From NCBI RefSeq assembly GCF_016432865.1, contig NC_067403.1, positions 257,858,001 through 257,922,000 on the forward strand: DNA of 64,000 nt, in the 5' to 3' direction. Shown piece after piece: positions 24,901 through 57,180 of this stretch. The translations under genes were made by a program, and so were the position numbers. The first letter of the stretch is position 1, and the number at the start of each line of letters is the position of its first letter. The DNA is from Antechinus flavipes. Taxonomy: Eukaryota. Under the pieces are notes generated by a model, which saw nothing but the letters and a program-made list of their open reading frames with translations, was not told where the DNA came from and searched no databases.

Positions 24901-24959
24901 GGCCGGAGCCCCGGCCTCCCTCCTCCCGCTCTGACTAAGGCTCTTCCCCCGGCCTCCGA

Positions 24960-24965
24960 AATAAA
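24960..24965 (+). terminator. NDUFS8 polyA signal AATAAA
   Basis: 60 nt after the stop codon. Confidence 0.9.
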
Positions 24966-25849
24966 GCCTAGAAACGTGTGCTGGGCGTCTCATTTGGCAG
25001 CACTGGGGACACGTTGCACCAGCCCCCACCTCCCTGTTGTGGGGGTCGCCGGGGGGGGGGGAAGAGGGAGGGGCTGGCCGGACTGAGGTGGGGGAGGGTC
25101 TGCTCCGTGGGTCCTTCCGAGCCCCACTCTCCAGGGGGGGGGGGGACGCCCTCCCCTAGAGGAGGCCCCGCAGGCCTGCCCCCATACCCAGGAAACCTCA
25201 TTTAAGAAGAAGGTGGGAGGTCCTGGGGGAGGGGCACCGGCCTGGTGAGGCAGTCCTGCCTAAGCAACATGGAGGACGGGGCAGGGGAGCCACTGAGGGT
25301 AAGGGAGTGAGGAGGTGGCCCTGAAGGGAGACGGCAGCGGGAGCGCATCCCAAATCCTGGTTAGGTCTCCCCTCTGGTCCTGGGAACCGAGGCCGAGCCA
25401 GCGGGGCCTGCCCTCGCAGAGCCTGGACATGGTTCTCATGGACCGGGAAGGGGGCCTGGAGAGGATGGGGAGTGGGCCCGCTGGGCACCAGAGGGATGGC
25501 GGACGCAGACAAGCTGATGGAGGCCGGAGGGGCCTCTGATCCCGCCCTGGCCGGAGGATGGGGCCGAGCCGTCGGGGACGGGTCCCCACAGTTGGGTGGG
25601 ACGGCAGCCCCAGAAATGGGCCCATGAGGAAAGAGGTTCCGAGAACCCTGACCTCAGGCTTGCCACGTGAGGGGTGAGGAAGGGAGTCGGGGCAGAGCTG
25701 AAGCCCCCGTGTGTCAGCTGGGACCCCGCACGTGCAGAAGGCGCAGAGGGGGGGCAGGGGATCCTCAGATTATGGCCGACCACCTCCTCCCCCGAAGGAC
25801 CAGGGAAGCCCGGGGAAGATGGGCCACTTTTCTGACAGATTTGTCTTCA

Positions 25850-25975
25850 GGCTGGGTCTGGATCCAGGGAGACCCAAGTTCAAACAGGACCTTGGCCACT
25901 GCCTACCTGTGTGAGAAATCACCTGCGTTTGCCTCAGTTTCCTTAACTGGGAAATGGGAACTGAAGAGACCATAG
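25850..25975 (+). mobile_element. MIR-like SINE fragment
   Basis: CCCAAGTTCAAA...GCCTCAGTTTCCT..ACTGGGAAATGGG core. Confidence 0.6.
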
Positions 25976-26379
25976 CTAGAGCGTCACAGCCTGGCACACA
26001 GTAGGGGCTACATAAACGCAGCCTCGGTCAGAAAAGGGCTCCTGGGGCCCCTTTGCGGGGCCGTCTTGGCCGGAGCCGGGGCTGGAGAAGCTGGTGCGCT
26101 GGGCAGGCCTGCCCGGAGTCGGGGTGACCCTGGGGGCGCCCTCTGGGCCCCCCTTTCCCAAACTCTGAGAGACTTGGGGACCGAGCGCTCCCTAAGACGT
26201 CTCCGGCCAAATCACTCGGGCAAAGACTGTCGACTGGCTGCTCGCAGCCCCCTAGAGAAGGGCCGCCCGCCGCCCGCCTTCCACAGGAGCTTTGGGGAGG
26301 GGTCAGGGCACCCACGGGCCGGGGCAGGGGGAGGACCGGGTCTCCTTGAGAGGGCTTTGAATTTCAGCCTGGGGGCCGC

Positions 26380-27830
26380 CTTATTCTTGAGTCACTTCCC
26401 CTTTTCTGCGCCACGAGGGACTGGGGAAGGGCCCAGGGGACAGACACACTCATGCCCCGCACTGGGGTGAGTCAGCCCCAGTTGCCTCAGGTACCAGCAC
26501 ATTCACGGCTTTATTTGTGATGGCGAAGAATTGGAAACGGAGGCAGTGCCCGGGACCCCGGGAATGGCTGAAGGCCGGTGATGCTGGAGGGGAGAGGGGC
26601 GGAACTGACCCGAAGGAAGGGAGCCGTGCCACAGGAACAACCGCAAAGGCCCAGGGAGAGGAGGGGAGAGCGGGAGCCGGGCCCTGGGCAGGGCGGGGGG
26701 ACAGCGCCAGGGGAGGCCATGGCAAGCCCCCGGAACCCCCGCCCGATGGGGGAAGGTCAGCTGACCTCCCCAGCCTCATTTTCCCCATCTGTAAAATCAG
26801 GTCGGCCTGGGCCTTGGAGCTCCCTGGCTGGGGCTGGAGCCCATGCAAGGAGAGGCTTATTGGGAGGTTACTGAAAATGGGTCATTTCCCCCATTCAGGT
26901 TCTCGGAGCGCGGACCTTGGAGGCGCGGCCCCGGGAGGCGCAGCCCCGGGGTCCAAGGGCCCTCCCCCCGCCCGCACTCGGGCCCTGCCTGCGCCTCCTC
27001 AGCGCTCCCCCGGTTCCGGGGTTCCTCCGGTTCTGGGGAGCGCTCCCTTCTCAGGCTCCAGCCTCAGTTGCCCAAACAGCCCCCAGGCTTGTCCCCCCCG
27101 GGGCTGCCCCTCCCATCCCTTTGGGGCAGCAGCTTGGGGCCGCCCTCCGCAGGAAGCCCCCCACCCCCCTTTATTTGCCTTCATTCTCTCCGTGTTTCCG
27201 CGTGACCACGAGTGTTCTTCAGGCCTCTCAGTCTTGCCCCCCCCCCCCCGTGAGCCCCTGGGGTTTCCTGGGATTCATTTTACAAACGAGGAAACTAAGG
27301 CTGGGGGGGGTGACGGGCCAGCTGGGGCTGGATTTGAATCCGGGTCCCCCGAGTCCGGCCCGGGCCCGGCTGTGTGGGGATGTTGGCGCCTCCCAGGCCC
27401 CGGCGCACTGTGGACGCCCAGTCCAGTTTCCCCCGCTGGGTTTCAGCAGGGGCCGGCAGACGCCCGCGGGCTCCCCCTCAGGTCTGTCCCCCGGAGCCCC
27501 CTCCCCCTGCTCCTCCCCGACTCGGCCAGCCACTCCTCCCCCGCCCCCATCCCCAGGACTCTTCCGGCCGGCCCAGCTCGGCCCAATGTCAGGACTCCTG
27601 CGGCCTCCCGGCCCGCGGCCCGACCCCAAGGGCGGAGCAGGGCCCGGAGGAGGGGCCGGGGGCGGGGCCGAGCCTCCCCGGAGGAAGCGGGCTTGGGGGC
27701 GGTCCCTTCCCCAGGCCCCTCCCCCAGGCTCCGCCCCGCCCTCAGCCAGAAGTTAGAGCCTCCCTCGGGCCGCGGCGGATCTCATCTCCGGGAGCAGGAG
27801 CGGCCCGACCCGCGCTAGGTAAGTGGGGTC
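26380..27830 (+). promoter_or_regulatory. TCIRG1: TCIRG1 promoter/CpG island and non-coding exon 1
   Basis: AP-1 TGAGTCA at 26388-26394 and 26468-26474; PU.1-like CACTTCCCCTTTT 26393-26405; GC boxes near 27660 and 27730; strong donor TAG|GTAAGT at 27818/27819, upstream of the acceptor at 32222. Confidence 0.7.
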
Positions 27831-28504
27831 AGGGCGAGAGCGGGATGCGCATCCCACCTGCCCGCCCGCAGCCTCGCCCCGCTGCCCTCCCCAGCCGCCT
27901 GCCCTCTCCGCCTCCCCAGCCGCTCCCCGCCCAGACCCTGGGCTGAGAACCCGACATTCTGGGTCTAACCCCAGGCTTTACCCCTCCCCCCCCCCCCGGG
28001 CCCTGCCAAAGGCGCTTACCCTCCGTAAGCCTCAGTTTTCTCGTTGGAAAATGGGGAGAATAGTCCCAGAGCTCTGGAGGCTCCGGAGCGCGGGGGACAT
28101 AGGCTGGTGTTGGGGGGCGGCGCTGGGCGAAGAGCGCGGGCCCGGGGCTCGCTAAAGCTGCGCGGGCTGGAGGTGTCCGGAGCCCGCCGCCCCCGGTCGG
28201 GCTGACAACTTAGATCTCGGAGGGGCGGGGCCGCATTCTGCACAAGTTGCTTCAGGCACAGAAAGGGAACCGGGCTTTCCCAGCTCTCCGCGGTGCCCCG
28301 GGCTAGAACCCAGATCCTGGCTGGGGAACATGACGTCCCAGGCTCTTTGTCCGAGCCCGTTCTCAGCCGCTTTCCCAGAGATGTCCCCCTCCCAGAGGCG
28401 CCCCTCCCCCCGGGGGGGTGGTCACCTGAGCCCCGAGGAAGAGCCTGGAATCATCTCAGGATGTTCATGCCCGGGCCCCCTAGGACTCAGAGGGGGGGGG
28501 GGGG

Positions 28505-28580
28505 GGAGGGGGACCTGAGTTCAAATTTGGCCTCACTTAACACTTCCTGGCTGTGTGACCCTGGGCATGTCACTTAAAAC
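28505..28580 (+). mobile_element. Truncated WSINE1-like SINE
   Basis: GACCTGAGTTCAAATTTGGCCTCACTTAACACTTCCTGGCTGTGTGACCCTGGGC. Confidence 0.7.
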
Positions 28581-30499
28581 CCCAAGAAACGGGGTTTGAC
28601 GAACAGTCTGGCTGGCCTTGACCTCCCTCCGGGAGAGAGAGCGGGGTCCCCAGCCCCGGCGGACCCTGGGGAGGCACAGTACCAGGAAGCCCGTGGGGAG
28701 GCGGAGGCAGGGAGGCTGGCTAGTTCCCCTTCCCTTTGTTGTGCAGGACGCCCGGGGGCAAAGCTGGGCGAGGGAGACCGGGAGGAGCTGTCAGAGCAAA
28801 AGCCTCAGGGCGCGCTCAGGGCAGGCTGCTTGCCATCATCCCAGAGAACTGGGGGGCCCAGAGAAAGGGAGCGGGGCACGGGAACAAGGGAGAGGGCCCT
28901 GAGGCCGGAGCGGGGCAGCGACAGAGGGATTCTGGGGACAGAGAAAAGGGCCCCGGGGAATTCTGGGGACTGTGAAAGCCGCCGGTTGGGGAGGGATAAC
29001 TAATGGGAAATAGAGCCCGGGACCGAGCTGGTCCGAACTGGGCTGGGCTCCCGGACAGCGGGAATTGTCCCGACCCAGAACCTGCCCGGGCTGGCGGCTT
29101 TGGGGCGTTCCAGGTGCGTTCCAGGTCCCACGAGACCCAGTTCCCAGCACAGGGATTATACAAGGAGGCTTTGAAGTGAAAGTGAAAGGGAGAACTGGGA
29201 GCCCAAAATCACAGTGGGGAGGAGTGGGAGGGGGGAGGGGGGCAGACGGCGCCTCTGGCTGGGGAGAAGGGAGTGGGGCCGGTCAGGGCTGCCCCCCAAC
29301 CCCCCAGGAATCTGGCCTTCTGCCCCGCCCCCCCCCCGGGAGCTGGGCGGGGGCTGGCTGAGTGATGCTCTGGGAGCCGGGCGGATTTTATTTCTCTTCA
29401 CTTCCTCTTTCCCTGCCCGAATGAACTTGCCCCGAGGCCCTGACTCACCCTCCCCCCCCTCGGGGGTTTCCAGTCAGGCTCCTCTCTCCCCAGGTCACGG
29501 GGTGCTGTCTCTCCCCCCTTCCGATGACCGCTCATTTCCCCATCAGGAGATGGGGACTAACTCCCAGTCACGTGCAGAGGGCCTTACTGTTTCCCCAGTG
29601 CTGGAGTGACCTGGGGGAGCCGGCTCTGAGGGCCTGGGGTTGGTCTACCCAGAGTCCTCTGGGGGCCTGGGGCGTGATGGGGGCCGGGGAGTGTCCGAGG
29701 GAGGGAAGGATGCTTGGGCCCGGGGATCAGACCCCCCCCCTTCTGTGGTACCCTTCTCCTCTCCCCAGGAAGCCATTCCCAGGGCTCGGCCAACAGTAGC
29801 TCCCCATGTCCCAGTCCGCCCTGGTCTGTGTGGTTGGGGACGAGGCGGGCTCCAGGGCACCTGGCCGAGGTTTGGGGCGGGGGCCGCCAGGTCGCATCCC
29901 AGCATCCCTGGGCCCAGGGCTCCCGCCCAAGCACGTGGGAAACCAGAGCGCTCCTGGGGACGTACACCCTGCGCGTGGTGGGGGGGCTCAGGCGGGGGGC
30001 CGGAAAACCAACCTCTGAATGTGTCTGCTGTTTGTCTTTCAGAGGAGACCAAAGTCTAAAGCTGGTGGAGTCGGGGGGGAGGGGAGAAAGGAAGGGGAGC
30101 TTCCCTCCTGTGCGCTTCCTTCTGAGTAGCCTCCCCTGGGTCTCCTTGCCTCCATTCCCTCCGCTCACTGAAGGCTGAGGAGCCTCAGCCGGGACGGCGG
30201 ATCCTGGGGGAGCCCACGGCCGGGAGGGCGCCCGGGCCCGGGCTTGGGCCGCGCTTTGCCTGAGCCATCCTTCCCCTTCCCCATGACAGTCCGTGTGTCT
30301 TTCACTGGCAGCCTTCATTTGAGAAAAGGCATGATGGGAAAAGGTTCCCAGATATTCGGGAAAACTTCATTGAGACCGATGTGTAGTTTTCATCCCGCTC
30401 ATGTGTCCTCGCGTCTGACGAACGATGATTCCTGACAGAGGCGGGGGCTTTGTGCATTTCGCTCATCCCCACCTGGAGGCGCAAAGCCCACTGGGTGCC

Positions 30500-30930
30500 A
30501 GAGAAAGAATGGAGGACAGCGGAGCTGGGAGAGACGTTGGAGCAGGGAACGAGGATGTCGGAGCTGGGAGAGATAGAACAGAAAATGCAGAACGTCAGAG
30601 CAGGGAGAGACGCTGGAGCATGGGAGGAAGAATTCTGAGCTGGGGGAGCCCGAGGGACACAGAACATGGAATGTCAGAGCTGGGAGAGACCCAGGAACAT
30701 AGAACAGAGAGATGGGACACAGAGTGCAGAACGTCAGAGCAGGGAGAGATGCTGCAGCATGGAACGAGGATGTCGGAGCAGGAGAGAGACGCTGGAGCAT
30801 GGGAGGAAGAATTCTGAGCTGGGGGAGAGTTTAGAACAGCCCATGCAGAATGTCAGAATTGGGAGGGACCTTAGAACGAGGGAGCTCAGGGCCTTGGGAG
30901 ACGTGAGAACACGAGCCACGGGGTGTCGGA
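30500..30930. repeat. Degenerate 35-60-bp purine-rich minisatellite with higher-order duplication
   Basis: Recurrent GTCRGAGCWGGGAGAGA; a block ending GGAGCATGGGAGGAAGAATTCTGAGCTGGGGGA occurs twice. Confidence 0.75.
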
Positions 30931-32226
30931 GCTGGGACAAACGGTGGGAAAAGGAAGGTCAGACAAGGGCAGCGATCTCGGTCCCCTGAACATCAGGCCC
31001 CGGGGCCGCTCCTCCGCCCGTTGTAGACGTTGGGGTTTCAGAGCCGAGAGAGTTCACAGCTGTGACAACAAATGGATACAAAGTACTCGCCGACTAGATA
31101 CTAAGTGGCAGAGCCAGGCCGGGGGCAGCGGGACTCCGGAGGCAAGGGCACCCAGCCTGGAGAATGGCCAGAGATTCGGAGAGCTGCGGGAGCGCCTTCG
31201 GGCCCGGAGCACGGTCTGGGCGAGGGTGTCGGAGGATCCATGTGCTGTTGCCTCCAGCAGAAGCTGGGCCGGCCTGTTCCTCTCCGGCCTGCTCTTTTCC
31301 CGGCCTGCTCCTCTGCAGCTCCGGCCCTGCCCTGGGCCCCCGGGGCCTGTCGGTGGCACGTGGGCCCCGCATGGACAGGAGCCGTGGGGGTCTCATCCGT
31401 GAGCCCCTGGCGCCCAGCACGGGGTCCGGACCCCGGCAGAAGCCGGGCCTGCTCCTCTGCAGCTCCTTGGCCGGCCCTGGCCCGGCCCCCCGGCCCACCA
31501 GCCCCCTCCCGGCCCCCGCTGCCCCGTTCTGTCAGGGATAAAGGCCGGGCCAGCAGGGCGGGAGCAGAGTTCCCGACGTGGCGGCCTCGGGGCCCAGCCC
31601 TTCCCCAGCACCCCGTCCCCTCTGCCACAGCGGGCGGGGCTGGAGGCCCGGGGCGCACCCCGTGGCTGGGCCCTGACCAGGACCCCGGGTTCTCATGCTC
31701 AGAACACAGAACTAGCAAATGGAAAGTGTCCGGAGCTCGGCTTGCCAGCCTGAGAACAGGGAGCGGGGGCCCAGAGAGCCCGCAGGCGCCTCCTCAGGAG
31801 CAGGCGGGGGGGAGAGGGTCGGCTTCTGGGGGCCCAGAGGATCCCGATGGGGGAGCGGGATGGAGGACGGCCTCTGGGCCCCCCCAAACCCAGACCCTGA
31901 CCCTGTCCTGAAGCAGTGAAGGGTGGAGCCGGGGGGATGGGCCCAGATCCCGGGGTTCTGGCCGTACCGAGCCAAGGCTTGACCTCTGTGGCCCATTGGA
32001 TCCCGGGCATCCTGCCCGGCCTTGTTGCCCCAGAGGGCCTTTAGAGCCGGGCTTCCCTGGGCCCCTGGTGGGTGGGCACTCAGGGGAGGCTTCTGGGGGG
32101 AGGGAGGCTGGACAGCCTCGGCTGGTGAGAGAAGGTGGAGGTCGGCCTTCACGTGGGGGGCTGGGGGACGGGCGCCCTCTCGCCGAGGCCCCCCCAACTC
32201 CACGACCCCTCTGTGCCCGCAGAACC

Positions 32227-40441
<8,215 letters not shown>

Positions 40442-40647
40442 ATCTGTGTTCAATGCCCACCGTGCCCACATCCGATGCCCACCACCCTCACGCCCACCAT
40501 CCCTGTGCCCAATGCCCACACCTGTGCCCGATACCCACCGTGCCAGTCTGGTGCCCACATCAATGCCCACCACCCCATGCCCAATGCCCATGCTTTATGC
40601 CCACCCCCACGCCCGATGCCCACCACACTCCCCAGTGCTACCACAGG

Positions 40648-40653
40648 AATAAA
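40648..40653 (+). terminator. TCIRG1 polyA signal AATAAA
   Basis: About 205 nt after the TAG. Confidence 0.85.
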
Positions 40654-42142
40654 AGACCCGAACGAGACTGAGGCTGCCTGGTTTGCTCTCTGGGTTGGGG
40701 AGGTGGGGCAGGAGGGGCCCTGCCTCTGCCCGCGGGTGTCTGGGGGGGGGGGTGTTAGGGGGTGCACACCACATCTGGCTCCTCAGTTGGGGGATGGTGG
40801 CAGCCTCTCCAGTAACTTGTTTCTCTAAAAAAGGGAATAGCATTTGTCCTCCCCCCAGGGCTAGGGTGCCAAACATTGATTAGGCACCTACTGTGTGCCA
40901 AGTGCCAAGCTCGGCCCACTCCAGTGGAGGGCGCCCTTCCAAAGTGACCCGGCCCCTTCCCTGCCTTTGCCAGTCACGGCAGCCCCTGACCTTCCTCCAC
41001 CATTTGCTCCTGGGAGGCTGTGGCTGGGCAGGGGCCCGTGTTTTCCAAGGGCTCACATCTAGGTCTGGGCTGGGTTAGCGGCCCACAAAGGGCCCTTTAA
41101 CGCGGTCCCAATTCTGGGAAGCCTTTATTATATGGATGGGAAACAGTCCCCGAGTGCAGGAGGAAGGAGCACTTCCTGTGTATGCAGAAGGAATGAGGGA
41201 GCACTTCCTCTTGTAGCTTGGGTGACCCAAACCTGGGTCTGCTGCCACTCGCCCTCCTTGGACAGCTCTGGCTCCCACCTCTCCCAGCAAGAGGGAGTTG
41301 ATTAGTGTGACGGGTATTTCTATTTTCCTCGTGCTCCTCTCAGCAGATTTCAGGGTCCCCAAGACAACCCTTTGGAACTCTTCATCTTCCTCACTTGAGA
41401 AGACCCCCATTCCATCCATTGAGCCATCCCCAATGGGCACATTTTTGGTCACCCCTGCCCCCCATTTCTGCTACATTGACCTCTACGGTATCTACCTGCA
41501 AAGGGTCCCAGACGGGGAATTCTGGGTAGGGTATAAGACCCTTCGGCCCAGAGGGAACCTGCTGGCAAGGTCTGGTTCGGCTCCCCGTCTCCCCCGGGGT
41601 TCTGGGCCTTCCTGGGAAGTCAGGGGCGAGACCACCCGTGTCGTGACTGAAGCAGTGACAGCAGGTGGCAAACTACAGACAATACCAAGTGCAGGTGGGC
41701 CCACGTGCGTTTTTGTTAACACTATAAAAAGGGGAAAGCCCTTGAAATAAACGGACTCCATTCTTCCACCCTCCTCATCACTTCTCCACTAGGCTGGTAT
41801 ATTTTAATGACCCCGGCGTGGGGCGTGGGGACTCTAGAAAGCAGGACACAACATAAATCCACTCCCAGGACCGCTGCGTACAAAGCCCGGGGCCGACCTG
41901 GTGGAATCCCAGATCACTCTGGGCCTGGCCGGACCACTCGAGAGTTCGAGGCGCCTCCGCGTGAGCGTCCACCCTCCCGGCCTTCACCCGTGGCTGCTCC
42001 GAAGGGCCTCGTGGGCCGGCAGGCGTGCTCGGGGCAGCTTTTGGCGAGCGCCGACATCTCCCCATCTTTTTGTCTGCGGTTCCCGAGAGCCAACGTGGTG
42101 AAAACCCAAGAACACGGCAGGGCCAGCTCGGATTTTCAATCT

Positions 42143-42148
42143 TTTATT
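42143..42148 (-). terminator. Probable distal CHKA polyA signal (AATAAA on minus strand)
   Basis: TTTATT at 42143-42148; a proximal ATTAAA also sits at 43064-43069 on the minus strand. Confidence 0.65.
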
Positions 42149-43236
42149 TTCAGTATGGTACAGTCTGTGTGGTGGCAGAAATGTTTGCACAAACAACTCA
42201 AAAGTTCAGAGTAAAAAAAGAGCTCCAGGTTTACCCCAAAGGGTCATTTAATACCTATGGACATTTCACAGCGATTCTTCTCCCCCATTTCTCAGCACAG
42301 TCCATCGGTCACCCCAATCACAGGACTCGGGGGAGGGGTGCCACGAGGGAAGAGCGGGGGCTGTGGAAGCAGCCGCCCAAGACAATTTTCGGGGGGGCTC
42401 CTCGACTTTTAAAGGATTCCCTTCCCGCCCCACAAAAAGGAGGAGGAGGAAAACCAAGTGCAGACTCCTTTCCCCCCAACTCTGGAGGGCCCAGGCGAGG
42501 GGGAGGCCTCGGGCAGAGGTATTGCAGGAGAGCTTGGCGGGGCCCCAGCAGCTGGCGGGGTGAGCACTGCTCCTCCCCACCGCCCCCGGGGCCCCCACCG
42601 GCCCTCTGACAGCCCGGCGATGGGGAGGTTTCCAGTTATAGTCGGGTAGCTCTGGTAACGAAGCGTGTGCACCAGTCACAAGGAAGCCACAGGGTGAGCT
42701 CTGCGTCCGTGTGCCTTCTTGAGCATCGGCGATTTGGACCCAAGGGTTGAGCAGTAGGTGTCCTGGAGCTGCCCACCAAGCGGGGACGCCGGGGGCAGCT
42801 CCCGTGTCCTTCTGCAAGCTAGTAGTGTCTACAATGCGCGCGGCCCCGGACGGCGGCCCGGCCCCGGCCTTTACCGGCACGTTTAAAAAAACACATAACC
42901 ATGAAACAGTGAGAACCAGCCCCCCTCCCCCCGGAATGCTCTCGGCGGGGGTGAGGGAGGAAAGGACGATGAGACGCTCGACTCACGCGATCCCGGTGGC
43001 TTCCCGGTCTCATGTCAAGGACTCCCAGTGAAATCGTCAACGAGATCCAAGAAGCCTCACAACTTTAATAGAGTCTCTGTGGGCGCCCCCAGCGTGGGTG
43101 CCCCCAGCGTGGGCCCGAGGAGGCGTGCCGGGCCCCGGGCTGCAGGCGCAGGAGTCAAGCACAGAGGAGAAAGCCCGCCCAGCCGCTCTCTTCACACAAA
43201 AGTGCAGGGACCCCCTGCTCCAAGCGGCTCCCAGGC

Positions 43237-55439
<12,203 letters not shown>

Positions 55440-56931
55440 CTATGAATGAGAAAAAGCAAACACTTCCAGTGAGACGGTGAAAGCGAACGCAGACTCAACT
55501 TGCAGCCATCACAATTAAGACAAAACCAAATCACAGAACTAGAAGAGCTAGCCTCTTAACAGGTCAGATCTGACCAGCATCAGCCTACCCTACGCCACCA
55601 AAATCCACCATAAATAAGCACCAACATCTTACAAATGGCTCCAAATTATCTTTTAAAAAAAGAAGACTGAGCCATGAGTCCAAATAGCATCTTCACCTTG
55701 CGCCTAGGAACAATTTCATTGCTCGAGGAAAGTAACTGGAATGCTTCCATCTTCCAGGCAGAATTTCTAAGGGCTGGAGGGGTGAGCGTCCAAATCAACT
55801 GTCAAGTCTAGCCTTCAACAACCTACTGTGGGGGGAGGGGGGGGCGCTCTTCCCTTGTCCAAGGTCAGCTAAGGCTTCGGGGGGCCCTAAGCCTGGCCGT
55901 GCCGGAGCTGAAAGGTAGGAAGCTGCCGAGCGAGCTCTCCCCAGGCACGGGCGGGAACGCTTCTGGCTCCGCTAGCTGGTCATTGACTTTTCAAAGCAGT
56001 CACTCCAGTAGTCACCTCCTTTGTCCTCCGTCACAGACGGGGCGGTGAGAACTGAAGTGAAATCTCTCAGCTAGTTAGGTTCCCCCCTAATTAGGTCCTC
56101 TTCTATCCCTTCCCTCCATGAAACTTCAAACTACTGGTAAAGAGGAATAAATTCTATGCCTGTCAATAGGCTACTGAACAAAGATTGCATTAAAAGCCCC
56201 GGAGAAGCTTTTTAAAATGCACCACCATGGTCCCTGCCCAATCCATCCCCTGGGCTCTGCCAACTTTAAGAAAGGGATGGGGAAGAAAGAAGTCCACAAG
56301 GTCATTGTCACGGCAGCAGCCTTGACCTTCAGAGAGCGCTTCCCCAAGGACGGTTTGTTCTAGACTGCTAGAGAACAAACACAAAGAAGCCCATAAGGGA
56401 AGCCTCTTTTTTCCTAAATTTCAAAAAAGGCACAGGATTGGGGGAGTCTCAGGAGCAGCACACCTTCTGGTCCCCCAGCTTTAACAAAAACCCCTGTGCC
56501 CGAGGTGGACGTGTGACTGGAAAAAGCGAAGGCCAGGTAAGCCTCGCCAGCATCTCTGGCAACATCATGGGGCTGATTCTTAGGGAGAGCTAAGGGCCCC
56601 CAAGATGCAAGAATACAAACTGGAAGCTCCCACTGCTTCCCCCTCATGAGGAAGGGATCCTCAAGGTCCAACTGCACAGACTCACCCCTCCCTTCCTAAG
56701 TTTACACTGAGTGAAACCCAGCTGAGCTGCTGGACTAAGGGACAAATGGGGCAATTTCACGAAATTTATTCTCCTTTGAGCCAAGGGGCTATAGGTCAAA
56801 TCCCGTTACAAGGAAAGCCTTACAACTCAAGGTTGGGGGAAACCTATTTCTTGTCCTCGCGCTCATCCTCAAATGATCCCTCTCCGTGAAGTCAATGGGA
56901 TCCGCCCTCTAGCTCTCTCACTGCTCTGGTG

Positions 56932-57180
56932 GGAGGCAGCGCGATGCAATGGAGAGTGCTGGACTTGGGGGTCAGGAAACCCTGAGTTCAACTCCCTCTT
57001 GGCACTTACTAATGGGCATGTTACCCTGAGCAAGCCAATCAACCTCTCTTGGACTCAGTTCTCACCTGTTAAAGGGGGATAAAAAGAGCACCTACCTCAC
57101 AGAGTTGTTGTGAGGGTCAAGTTAGAATGTGTGTAAAACATTTTGCAAACCTTAAAGAAACATTATAAATGTTAGCTAGC
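56932..57180 (+). mobile_element. Near full-length MIR SINE
   Basis: tRNA-like head (GGAGGCAGCG..CAATGGA..GTGCTGGACTTGGGGGTCAGGAAACCCTGAGTTC), core, and GTTGTTGTGAGGGTCAA...TTTTGCAAACCTTAAAG...TATAAATGTTAGCTA tail. Confidence 0.85.

Noticed and set aside
26517-27818. 433-aa ORF and other long Pro/Gly/Arg-rich ORFs (e.g. 538-1629, 3996-5021, 32907-33890)
   Set aside because: Expected in very GC-rich DNA with few stop codons. Low complexity, no recognisable domains, and several overlap promoters or are antisense to real exons.
41298-41750. ORF with signal-peptide-like start MISVTGISIFLVLLSA
   Set aside because: Starts at TTG, with no promoter, splice or homology support.
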